Below, in pieces: positions 1 through 11,738 of a DNA stretch of 64,000 nt. Source of the DNA: Octopus sinensis (Eukaryota); the NCBI RefSeq assembly GCF_006345805.1, contig NC_042997.1, positions 20,274,001 through 20,338,000 on the forward strand. Reading direction: 5' to 3'. The position numbers and the translations under genes are program-made. The notes under the pieces were generated by a model. It was not told the origin of the DNA. It saw only the letters and a list, made by a program, of their open reading frames with translations, and did not search any database. Each line of letters begins with the position of its first letter. Position 1 is the first letter of the stretch.

Positions 1-456
1 AAATACAATCACAATTGAATGGTATATGGTGGAATAACTGATACATTGCCAACAATGATAAAACCGCAAACCTTAATTCTATCTGCTGCTTTTATTCGTA
101 TTGTTTTGATACATTTTTTTTTTTGTGTGTGTAACCAAATAAAAATAATACATCTTATCTGTAGAATCATGTAATTAAAGGATATCTCCATTTGATTTAC
201 CACTTTACATGAGTAATTCAAGCCCCTATAGAGAAATGGACAAAAAAACAAAAATGTTGCTAATTGTGATTATTTTAGAGTGGAGTGGTTGTAGCAGCAG
301 AGTTAGTGGAAGTCGTTGGTGCAAAAGTAGTTGCTGCTTTATAGTGTTGTATAAATGACATTGTAATGTTCATTCAGCTGGTTCAGATAATGATGTAGCC
401 TGATTGTTTTGTTAGTTATACAGAAGAGGTTTAGTGTTTCTGGTGATTGCATTGAA

Positions 457-519
457 GATGATGATGGTGATGATGATGAGGATGATGGTGGTGGTGGTGG
501 TGACGTCGACAACAACAAC

Positions 520-564
<45 letters not shown>

Positions 565-579
565 AATGATGATGATGAC
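457..579. repeat. (GAT)n compound trinucleotide microsatellite
   Basis: Long GAT run with GGT/AAC interruptions; explains the poly-Asp and poly-His ORFs in the track. Confidence 0.95.
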
Positions 580-1063
580 GAAGCATATCATATTTAGCTG
601 GTTGATATAGGGACGTCGTTAGAGAAGACGTAATTAGTGTTGCTGACAAAGATGTTCAGTAATCCTTTCTCTTTTTTTTTAAATTTTTGAGTAACATCAC
701 TTAACATTTTTTTTTTTAGTCTCATTATGTGATTGTATGGCATGGAAAAGAGCATTGTGTTAGTGAAGCTGAGGTTCAAGAAAAAGGATGGTGGCATGAA
801 GTGGATAGATGATGTAAGGGATGTGATGTGAGTGTAATGGCATCTCTGAATTGACTCCAGATACCTATGAAGAGCAGACAAAATTTGAAGATGGCATATC
901 TATGAGATCATCAGATGTTGAGCATGACTTGAGAATTCATAAATTGAAAGAGAATCAACCCAGCCTGCCGTTATTTTGGTAAAAGGATATTTGTGGGTAT
1001 TGTTGGGAACAATCTAAAAAGGGTATTGTATAATTCTCACTAGTCTAGGACCATATAGACCAT

Positions 1064-1296
1064 AAGGCGGCGAGCTGGCAGAATCGTTAGCACGCTGGGC
1101 AAAATGCTTAGTGGTATTTCGTCTGCCGCTACGTTCTGAGTTCAAATTCCGCCGAAGTCGACTTTGCCTTTCATCCTTTCGGGGTCGATTAAATAATTAC
1201 CAGTTATGCACTGGGGTCGATAAAATCGACTTAATCCATTTGTCTGTCCTTGTTTGTCCTCTCTGTGTTTAGCCCTTTGTGGGTAGTAAAGAAATA
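1064..1296 (+). mobile_element. tRNA-derived SINE, family A (GCCTTTCATCCTTTCGGGGTCGAT central domain, possibly Meta-type), monomer with TSD
   Basis: Head AAGGCGGCGAGCTGGCAGAATCGTTAG, B-box-like GAGTTCAAATTCC, tail ending AAAGAAATA; flanked by the direct repeat TAGTCTAGGACCATAT at 1041-1056 and 1295-1310; related copies at 9074, 22909, 32635, 51838, 60958, 63600. Confidence 0.9.
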
Positions 1297-1789
1297 GTCT
1301 AGGACCATATCATGTGGTCTGCTTTTCTGTATTTGGTTGAAAAGGGTTTTGCATGGCATTGAACACATATTGCATCCAAGTTGCTGCACAATCTATTTTT
1401 ATGAGCCTCTGAAATTCTGTTGCCTCATGCAGAAAATCATCTTGCTTGAAGCATGGTAGATTTAAGTATTAGAGAGTCTATCATAGTAAGTTGACTGACT
1501 GGGGGACGGGAAAGGAAATTGAATGCAGGTTTATTTATTACCCTGATGATTTTATGCTATGCATTGACTTGCTTAAGACATGACAATATCGCTAGAAATT
1601 TCAAAGTGGTTGTAGAGCACTTGGAGAAATATTCTATTACTAAAGAAACATCCAGTCTTTAATTCTTGTATATGTTTGACATTATCCATTCAGCTTGCAT
1701 GAAAAATGTTATTTATTTGGTTTACTGACAAAGACAAATCCATTCTTATTGTTGATTTTAAGGTCATAGCATGTGAGGTTGCTAATTTT

Positions 1790-1930
1790 CCTCATCATCG
1801 TCATTATCATTCTCATTTAACATCTGCCTTCCATGCTGGCATCAGTTAGATGGTTTGACAGGATCTGATAGGCTAGAGGACTGTGATGAACTCCAATATC
1901 TGCTTTGGCATGGTTTCTACAGCTTGCACT
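1790..1930 (-). mobile_element. Degenerate 3' end of the RTE family (GAT-tailed)
   Basis: (CAT)n-TTAACATCTGCCTTCCATGCTGGCAT matches the terminus of the RTE copies at 29064 and 43420; ends in a 20-bp tandem duplication at 1922-1959. Confidence 0.7.
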
Positions 1931-3368
1931 AGTAAGGTGATGCTTGCACTAGTAAGGTGTTATGTCACAATACTATACAGTGGCTGTGTGAGCTTCGAAA
2001 TCCTCGTTACTACTGTTATGTCATACATTTGGATACCTTCTACTCAACTCTACTCTGTTCTAGTCTACTCTGACCTCGACGTCTAGGCTTCTCCCTCTAC
2101 ATCTACGTATTGGGCTAGCCTACTTCATCTGGGGGCGTCCACACAACATAAGGTCACCAAATAACAAACAAAACAAGACCTTCTTGACTGAATGAAGTGC
2201 AGTATTGAGAGAGTTGGCTTTATGCCAAGTGATAATGTACATGAACAAGTGTTTTAATGCAAAGGAGATACATCACAACCTCAACTTGAAAGGGAGAAAA
2301 AATGGTAAGGATTGTACATAAGGTACAAGAAAGTGAATAGAAGAAAGAATTGGGATAGAGGTTCAGAAAAGGTAGATGGGTAACATTGTAAAAGTGTAAA
2401 AGGAGAGTGACACATGGTAAGAGCTGGGGCTAGAGGTGTATGCAGTGAATGGTGGACATGTATAGAAGTATGAACAGTGGTGAATATCAGTTTTGAGGGA
2501 GTTGAAGGAAAAGAAGAGTGTATCAGAGAGGAGGGGTAAAAAAGTTTCTTTGTCATATTCTTTTAATTTAGGAATAATGGCTATTGAGTTTTATTATGGT
2601 TATGTTATTTTTTTTGTTGCAGTTGGAGTTATGATAGTGGTATTTCATCATCTACTTATAATCTAAAAGAAGCTTTTAAATTTGTGTTATGAATTCAATA
2701 TTTAATAAAACTTTGATTACATTAGATCATAGTCCTATTAAACTTTGATCAAATGTTTCATTTGATCATTTGATTTGATTTTACACGTCTTTGATAATTT
2801 AATTTTACACTTGCTAACTTTTCTTTTTTTTCTTTTTTGTCACTATTTCATTGATTCATTGGTTTGCTGTTACTGCAAATTCTCCATGTTAGCAAGAGGA
2901 ACCAAGTTTCCATTTTTCGAGACAATCATATTTTCAATATCACCAAAATTCCCTTTAATAACTTCTAATTGTTAATGTTGACTCTTACCATACTGTAAAA
3001 TTAGTAAAAGATTGAAATATCCATTTGATTAAGATACCTTTAATATTAACAGTAAGGTAATTATTTCAACAAATTTAGGTTATGGGTTTCATTAAGCATT
3101 TGGGTTTTTAATTGTTTATTTTTGTCATTAATAATTGCTATTATATATTGTCAAATCTGTCTGACTGTAACATAACTTGCAGTTTGATTCACAATTCTCC
3201 ACCATCTCTCACTCTCACTCTATACTGTTGTTCTCTCTGTATGTATGTATGTTTGTATGTATGTGTGTGTATTTGTATGCATGTGTGTGTGTGTGTGTGT
3301 TTATGCATGTACACATGTATGTATTCATGCATGTATATATGTTTGTATGTGTGTATCTATCTATCTAT

Positions 3369-3756
3369 CTCTTTTACTTATTTCAGTCATTTGACTACGG
3401 CCATGCTAGAGCACTGCCTTTAGTCAAGCAAATCGACCCCAGGACTTATTCTTTGTAAGCCTAGTACTTATTCTATCAGACACTTTTGCCAGACCGCTAA
3501 GTTATGGGGATGTAAAACACACCAGCATCGGTTGTCAAGCGATGTTAGGGGGACAAACACAGACACACAGCACACATACATATACATATATACAACAGGC
3601 TTCTTTTCAGTTTCCGTGTACGAAATCCACTCACAAGGCTTTGGTCAGCCCAAGGCTATAGTAGAAGACATTTGCCCAAGGTGCCACACAGTGGGACTGA
3701 ACCCTAACCATGTGGTTGGTAAGCATGCTACATACCACACATCCACTCCTGCGCCT
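3369..3756 (-). mobile_element. tRNA-derived CORE-type SINE, family B (OR2-like)
   Basis: Reverse complement reads AGGCGCAGGAGTGGATGTGTGGTATGTAGC...GGCACCTTGGGCAAATGTCTTCTACTATAGCC (CORE-like), then an internal TG/TA microsatellite and a TAAAAGAG tail; near-identical to 39973, 41998, 49308. Confidence 0.9.
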
Positions 3757-4252
3757 ATCTATCCATCTATCTACATATGTACACATATATATTTCTCAAT
3801 ACAACCATTAAAGACATTAAGCTACTGCTTTTGAAAATTTTTTAAAATATTCTTCTTTTCAAAGAAGTTTATTACAGCATGGGAAAAAACAGATGAATAT
3901 TTGTTCTTTAAATTTCTCTAAAAATACAAATAATATTCGTTTTTCTCTATTAAATTTTAATGTGCTATTTTCTTTGCAATACTTCTAATGTGTTCACTCT
4001 CGATCAGTTGTATGTGACTTTCAATAGAGTTGGAGAGCCAAGTGACAAGTATTTTTGCTGTCGAAGTCAATTTACTCCACCAAGAGGATCTCACAGTCAT
4101 CCCAATTATGAAAATATTAAATTCACTAAAAATATTGTATACACTGGCATTGTTTGATTGTCAAAATTTCCTTTCTTTCGTTTGTTGTATATAACATTGT
4201 GTATAGATATAAAAACAATTAAAAACTAATGGGTCTTTTGATCCATTAAATA

Positions 4253-4450
4253 CTCTTTTACTTTTTTCAGTCATTTGACTGTGGCCAAGCTGGAGCACAA
4301 CCTTTAGTTGAGCACATCAACCCCAGAACTTATTCTTTGTAAGCCTAGTACTTATTCTATTGGTCTCTTTTGCCGAACTGCTAAGTTACCGGGACGTAAA
4401 CATACCAGCATCAGTTGTCAAGCGATGCTGGGGAACAAACACACACACAA

Positions 4451-4520
<70 letters not shown>

Positions 4521-4688
4521 TTACATACATATGATGGGCTTCTTTCAGTTTCTGTCTACCAAATCCACTCACAAGGCTTTGGTCGGCCCAAGGCTATAGT
4601 AGAAGACACTTGCCCAAGGTGCCACGCAGTGGGACTGAACCCAGAACTATGTGGTTTGTAAGCAAGCTACTTACCACGCAGCCACTCA
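4253..4688 (-). mobile_element. SINE family B with expanded internal (CA)n
   Basis: Same sequence as 3369-3756 with a longer (AC)n tract at about 4440-4510. Confidence 0.9.
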
Positions 4689-5984
4689 TATTTTAACATT
4701 GATTTAACTTTTACTTAATTCTTTCTTGAATATACACCTATGTTTCAATGAAACAAAATGCTATTCCAGGTATAAAACAACAGGTCATGCACTAATATAT
4801 TTCTTTAACAAATCAATAGTTAAGATTTAAAACGTGAAGTCATGAGGACTAATTTGAAACAGAAAAGAGAAACAGCCCCAGAGCCATGTTTTAATTAACA
4901 CTTAAGAAGGTCATGATTTAAATCAAATTTCTATCAGATTTTTAACTACACATTTGATACAAGCAGGAATCAGATAATAACATGCAGTGGTTTCGTATTC
5001 AAAGGATATGTACAAAAATTCTTTATTCTTAATAATAACTATTTATATGGAAAGAACTGATAATAAGTAGTTTGCAAATAAATAATTTTATGTGAAATAA
5101 TTTATAACTGAGAACTTATTTTGAAAAATTATAAAATATAGCATACTGTAGAATTAAGTACTTGCAAAGGGGTTGTACAAACAAATGTTTAATACACAGC
5201 AAAAATCAAAACAGGAAAATTGCTCATTTACTGATATTATACTTTATAGGAAATATCTAACATTGTTATCACAAAAATATACTACAGTAATATGATGTTG
5301 CCTGAAATATTCCTTCTAGAATAACCTTCCATTAATTTTAAATATATTATTTCAGTTCAACACAAGAATACAAGAGTAAATAACATCCTTCAAATTTATT
5401 GATTAAAATAGGGTTCATAAAGACTGATTTAATGCTAATTAGTTGGTATTATTAAATATTGCCAGCTTTAATGACAAGAATTCTCATGACATAGAAATAA
5501 TTTTTATTGAATTTTAGCAAAAACAAGATCTCAGTAAATGGAAACAAGTAAAGAAAATTACTTGACAATAATGTAATCACTGCAGAAAAGTTGAAGTTGA
5601 GCATCTTAAGACTAAGGGTGAAACTTTTGTATCATCCTTAATCAGTGTCATTATTATTAAAAGAAACTCACTTTATAGTTATCTGAGTTACTTCTTGTGA
5701 AGATTTTGGAAAAGAGGCGGAAATTTCTCAAAGAAACTCACTGTGCCTTTGCAATTGTCTCATTCTCTATCCAGTGTAGCCTATGTACACCTGAAGTTAC
5801 AGATTTATGTGTTTGTTCACTGATGTTTAGCAAGCTTCTGGTTGAAGGTGTATTTGGAGGAAATCATTGTGTCCCAGTCTCATTAAAGACTTTCCTGACT
5901 ACTTAACATTAAAATTACCATAACTATTGTTATTCTCATCATCATCATCATCTTTCTTGTCTCTGCCCCATCTATTTTTACATC

Positions 5985-6315
5985 CAATCAAATGGAAATT
6001 GTAGTTGTGATACCTGTACCGGTGGCACGTAAAAAGTGCCATCCAAACGTGGTCGATGACAGCACCACTTTGACTGGCTTCCGTGCCAGTGGCACATAAA
6101 AAGCACCAACTGATCGTGGATGTTGCCAGCCTCCCCTGGCACCTGTGCTGGTGGCATGTAAAAAGCACCCACTACACTCACGGAGTGGTTGGTGTTCGGA
6201 AGGGCATCCAGTTGTAGAAGCACTGCCAGATCAGACTGGAGCCTGGTGCAGACCCTGGTTGAACTGTCCAGCCCATGCTAGCATGGAAAATGGATGTTAA
6301 ACGATGATGATGATC
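5985..6315 (+). mobile_element. 5'-truncated RTE 3'UTR/tail with three hairpin units
   Basis: Three GTGCCGGTGGCACATAAAAAGCAC-like units, then GGAAGGGCATCCAG and a GAT tail; matches the reverse complement of 43420-43830. Confidence 0.85.
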
Positions 6316-7714
6316 ATTGACACTGACAAGTTTTTGTAAAACATTATCATGATAGAAGTGGGTTTCCATTTGACCCTGCCATGTTTTATTTCAGTTGTAA
6401 GAACTTATTTTCAGAAATCGTCATTTAATTGTTATCAGTCATGATTCCCCAGTGTCACCTTTAAGCCAACTGGAATACCTTTGACTACACTACAAAATTT
6501 AAATATCAATTTTATGTCCACTCCAGTAGAGTAATCCTTTTCTCTTTCATATAATAGCCAAAGTTGCTAATATGCAGTTATTTTCTTAGCTGTTATGTAG
6601 TCTATCGCACAATTTCTTGCTTTACATGCATCCAGTAAATATTAACCAGTTTTCTTGGGTCACTACAGGTTTCACACCACAGTCACACACATTTTCCCAG
6701 TACTAAACATTATATAAGCTTATATATCCATTAACCTACTGCATTTTTCTATTTGTTAAATGTTCTTTCACAGTAAAACAATTATAAACTACTGATGCAT
6801 TAAGTGTTTCACTTCAATGCTATTCTGTACTATAAAAATATATCAATAGATTTTTCTCTATTACTCTATGTCTCTATGTGTAGACTGATGTAAACACATT
6901 GGTTTCATATACAATAGCTTCATAATCATCATTGTTATCATTATTTTCACATCCACTTTTTCTATGCTGACATAGGTTGCATAAAACTTCATGAAGCAAG
7001 ATTCCACAGCTAGATACCTTCCCTGATGCCAACTCATGTTTTTGAGTAAAGTGCTTTGTTCTGTCATCACACATTGAATTGTTGAACTGCCAAACTTTTT
7101 GTTTAGGCTGGACATAAAAAAAGGTTAATCCTGCCTAAGCAGTGTCACTCCATACACACAATCTACTCACACCCATACATAAATACATAAACAATATATA
7201 TGTATATATGAATTGATGTATTGTAAATCTGGAAATATATATATATATATATATAATTATAACAATAATTAAGAGTTTAGCAACAAGTTGCTTGACCACA
7301 TACCAACAATTTTAGAAATAGCAGCCAAAAGATTGCTTTTATCTACAAAATATGTCCCCACAGATAACAAAATATTTGTAACTCACATAGGCAAAAAAGA
7401 AGAAAAATAATGAAATCAAACAGTCTTCGATTAATTATGGACGTGTTACTGGATTAGAATTATAAAAATTCATTTCCTTCATCAACATAATATTTCGAGA
7501 GTTATAAATCTGAAAATGCTAGGAAAACTTACCCCTTATATTTCTAACCAAGCACCATCAGAACATACAAGAGTTCATCAGCATATTCACATTTATATAG
7601 ACGAGTGAATTCGTATTTCCCTCCAAGCTTACCATGTGTGTCACAAAGATAGTACTGCAGAAAAAAAAGATTCGCAGTTTTGTTATCGGGGAGTGAAATA
7701 ATCATTACAGATAT

Positions 7715-7967
7715 CATCATCATCATCATCATCATTTAACGTCCGCTTTCCATGCTAGCATGGGTTGGACGGTTCAACTGGGGTCTGGGGAGCCCGAAGG
7801 CTGCACCAGGCCAGTCAGATCTGGCAGTGTTTCTACAGCTGGATGCCCTTCCTAACGCCAACCACTCCGAGAGTGTAGTGGGTGATTTTATGTGCCACCG
7901 ACACAGGTGCCAGACAAGGCTGGCAAACGGCCACGCTCGGATGGTGTTTTTTATGTGCCACCGACAC
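7715..7967 (-). mobile_element. 5'-truncated RTE 3'UTR/tail with two hairpin units
   Basis: High identity to 29064-29320 and 43420-43650. Confidence 0.9.
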
Positions 7968-8174
7968 ATATAAGGTAAAATTTTAATAAATTAAATTAAT
8001 AATTTTTTACTCTATATCTGTAATGATTATATATATATATATATATATATACATACATATGTTTAAGTCTTATATCACAGAAGTAGTTTTATATTGAATT
8101 TTTAGAAAACAATGTATGTATGCCCTCATGCACGTGTGTGCATGTGTTTCTGTTTGCAAATATCATCTTTATAT

Positions 8175-8230
<56 letters not shown>

Positions 8231-8269
8231 ATATGTGTATGTGGCATACTTATATACATATGTGTAATG

Positions 8270-8525
8270 TGTCATCATCAGCATTATCATCATCATCATT
8301 CAATGTCAGCTCTCTATGCTGGCACAGGTTGGATTGTCTAACAGGAGCTGGCAAGCCAGAGAGCTGCAACAGGCATCAGTCATCTACTTTGGCATAGTTT
8401 CTATGGCTGAATGATCTTCCTAATGCCAACCACTTTAGAGATGCATTGGGTGCTTTTTACCTAGTGCCAGTATGGGCACCTTTAATGTGGCACCAGCACA
8501 AGTGCTTTTTATGTGTTGCTAGCAC
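8270..8525 (-). mobile_element. Degenerate RTE 3'UTR/tail
   Basis: (CAT)n tail, CTTCCTAATGCCAACCAC motif, decayed hairpin units. Confidence 0.7.
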
Positions 8526-9000
8526 TCCTTTTACATTCATTTTTCCATATGCTAGATTAATATATTATTGAGGCAAGGTTTTACAGCCAAACACTCTTAC
8601 TGTTATTAACCTATGCCTGTTCTTTCAAGTAAGAGATCTCTTACTTAACACAACAACAAAGATGTTAAGCTAGCAAAAATTTGTTGACTGCAAAAGTAAC
8701 AATGGTGCTCATAGGGATTGTCATAGAATGCAAATGTAAACAAGCATACATACACTCACACACACACACACACATTGTGGTTTTGGGGCATAGAGCAAAG
8801 CAGGACTTGCCACCCACTCAAGAAAACACATAGTAAACTGATCTGTTTGCACACAAGTAAACTGAGTCTTCAACTTGCTCCATTTGCTAAAAGGTTTGCA
8901 AGGCACCAGCAGGCCCCAAGAGATACATTCATGTCCAGAGAACATGATTAACACTTATTTTACTGAACCATCATTTGTCATTCATGATGAGAGAATCCAC

Positions 9001-9031
<31 letters not shown>

Positions 9032-9073
9032 TAATGTTCGTTTTTATGCTCAGTTATAATAACAACAATTTTG

Positions 9074-9306
9074 AGGGCGGTGAGCTGGCAGAAACGTTAG
9101 CACACTGGGTGAAATGCATAGCTGCATTTCATCTGCCATTATGTTCTGGGTTCAAATTCCGCCTAGGTCGACTTTGCCTATCATCCTATCGGGGTCGATA
9201 AATTAAGTACCAGTTACACACTGGGGTCGATGTAATCGACTTAATCCATTTGTTTGTCCTTGTTTGTCCCCTCTGTGTTTAGCCCCTTGTGGGTAGTAAA
9301 GAAATA
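9074..9306 (+). mobile_element. SINE family A monomer
   Basis: Full-length match to 1064-1296. Confidence 0.9.
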
Positions 9307-9429
9307 TATAATAAAAACAATTTTACATTAATTTTACATGATGGGTTATTCTATACTTTTCAAGAGTACAAATTTATTATTCTTATGCAATAATGTTGTT
9401 GAAAGTGACTTCGAAGTTTCAGCCAGCTA

Positions 9430-9660
9430 TTATCACCATCATTTTAACATCCTCCTTTCCATGCTTATAAGGACTGGATGCAGTTTATTGATGTCTATTT
9501 TCTACTCCCAGATTCTCTTCCTGTCATCAACCCATGCCTGCTTCCACAGTAATATTTCCCCTTGTCCCACTTGATTTTATAGAAAACTGGAAATGAATGG
9601 CATTTATATACAACAATCGCATTATGTCAAGACAAGGAGATACAAAAATACACTACACAG
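9430..9660 (-). mobile_element. Older short retroposon with RTE-like tail (family D)
   Basis: Shares CATCATTTTAACATCC..TTTCCATGC and GTAATATTTCCCC..GTCAAGACAAGGAGATAC blocks with 18820, 34480 and 47500. Confidence 0.6.
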
Positions 9661-9679
9661 TCATATATATATATATATA

Positions 9680-9895
9680 TGTAGTTAATCCAAACATGAA
9701 AACACAAAGAGAAAACACAACAGCACGAGGACGTGGAACAAGTATAGTGTTATTGGACGCTCTGGAAAGGAAAGAAAGAAGGAGGATTTAACGTTTCGAG
9801 TAGAACTCTTCATCAGAAACACAGAAAAAGGAAAGGTCCAAGGAAGGGAAGACGGAGAAAGAAAATCGCCAACGATACACACGCGGTCACATATT
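9680..9895 (-). mobile_element. Probable Penelope-like terminal-repeat remnant
   Basis: Non-coding CpG-retaining segment ending in (AT)n and containing a minimal hammerhead-like core; family assignment is inferred from that motif. Confidence 0.5.
9786..9820 (-). ncRNA. Minimal type I hammerhead-like motif
   Basis: Minus strand: GUUU-CUGAUGA-A-GAG uucua CUC-GAAACGUU-AAAU; palindromic ACGU stem III, weak 4-bp stem I, one extra nucleotide after A9. Confidence 0.5.
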
Positions 9896-9939
9896 GAAAA
9901 AACACACACACATGCACACACACACATACAAATACAAAG

Positions 9940-10095
9940 TAGGCTTCTTCAGTTTCTGTCCTTCAAACCCTCTTCCAAGACATTGGTCAGCCTGGAGCTT
10001 TAGTACAAGGCACTTGCCTCACGTGCAGGGTAGTGGGACTGAACCAAAAACCATGTGGTTGAGAAACAATCTTTTTAACCACATAACCAGCCTGT
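9940..10095 (-). mobile_element. SINE family B, decayed head fragment
   Basis: GTGGGACTGAACCAAAAACCATGTGGTTG matches the family B head. Confidence 0.7.
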
Positions 10096-11440
10096 ATTTA
10101 GCCCTGCTTGTGCATCCGTGTGATGAATATAGATGAATATTGATGAATATATGTTCAATACATTGGATCTGAAAGTCATCAAGATATCTCCCTTTTTAAT
10201 TCATTTACATGAGCTTTAGGTTTTATTTTTGCTTTTTTTTTTACTGATAGATACACATGTACATAAATTTGTATACAAATGTATCTTATACAAAATGAAG
10301 ACCAGCTGCTTAACTTTGTTGCCTGCACACGCCTATAGATCTGTATAACACCTAGATAATATTGCCTACCAGACATACCCATAAATAATGACTTTGTTAT
10401 TTTAGATAGACAGATGTTTTCACTAATCTCCCTGTGGCACTGTTACTGATTGGGTCACATAGTGAAGAGAAATTATATACTACTTTGATTGATGACTTGT
10501 CATACAACATATTGGTTACACATAGAATTGAATAGAATCAACTTCTCAATCTTTTTTTTAGAGAAATACTCTTTGACTATACTCTCATTCCACTTCTTTT
10601 GCCTTTCACTGTCCTTTTTATGCCTCTGTCACATGCCCCCGCCTCTCTCTCTTTGGCTCTGCCTCTGTGTCTCTCACTATCTCTCTATTACTCCGTCATA
10701 TCAGACATTTGTGATCTATTATATCAAATCATTGTCCAATGACTATTTTATTTTATTCTAGATATTGTATAAAGTTATTTTTTGTATACTACTGCTGCAT
10801 ACATTAAAGAATGATTAATCATCTAATATATTGTTTTTAAAAGTCCATATGTGTAAATACTATCTTAGTCAATATGTTAACTGGCATATTGCACTTTTGC
10901 CTTACTTCTTCTTATCAGACAGTCAAATACTAATCTTATTTTATTATGTGAGTTGGAAATTTAAGTACAAAAGTATCAACTCCAGTTATCGTATCTTAGC
11001 ATTTATTAGAACTTCAGATATTTGTTGATGTTATTTTTATTGTTTACCCTTAGATTAACAATGGCTGACCATGACCAAACCTACTGATCAATGGCTGTCC
11101 AACCATGACTTCCCTGCCATTGTAGGGATATGTAGGAGTTCATTATCTAATATAGCCTCATTTCATTTAAGTAGCAGGAAATCATTTGAGGGGTATTTTG
11201 CTGTTATTTCTAGCTGGTCAGTCAGGCCGCAGCAAAAATGATCCCTAACTTGCTTGTGGATGTTTATGAAGAGTATTTTAGAAAAGAAATTCTAAGTGTA
11301 AGCCACATTAGTTTTGGTTGAGAATTAATTTCAGTTTGAGAAATCTATTTAGCTTAAGGGAGTGCTTTATGACTCTTATGTTAACTTGGTTATCTATATT
11401 AGACAGTTAAGTCCCTTACATGAACTAGCTGCTAAGAATA

Positions 11441-11738
11441 CAGTGGAACTTGATTAATGAACGCCTCTTATCAAGACCACGAATGTAAAATGTCTTTGGT
11501 GAGAAATGGTGTCTCAAGTAATGAACATGCAAACCAGCAACAAGAGTTGCTGACAAGCTGGGAGTACTGATGGGAGACCCTCAGTTGCTGTCCAGCTTTT
11601 GCTCAGTACACATCCCAGCTTGAATTCAGTATGCCTTCCATTGAATTTCCTATGCAAAAAATAATTTTGGTTTACTAATATTTCAGGTGCCAAACGGCCT
11701 TCAGGAATGAATTAAATTCATAAACCAAGGTTCCACTG
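11441..11738. mobile_element. Tigger/pogo-type MITE
   Basis: TA|CAGTGGAAC-TTGATTAATGAA ... TTCATAAACCAAGGTTCCACTG|TA: imperfect TIRs of about 22 bp, TA target duplication, 298 bp. Confidence 0.75.

Noticed and set aside
5660-5742. 13-mer AAAGAAACTCACT twice, 70 bp apart (GTGAGT donors on the minus strand)
   Set aside because: The upstream frame is closed by a stop and has no acceptor; an isolated AT-rich repeat.
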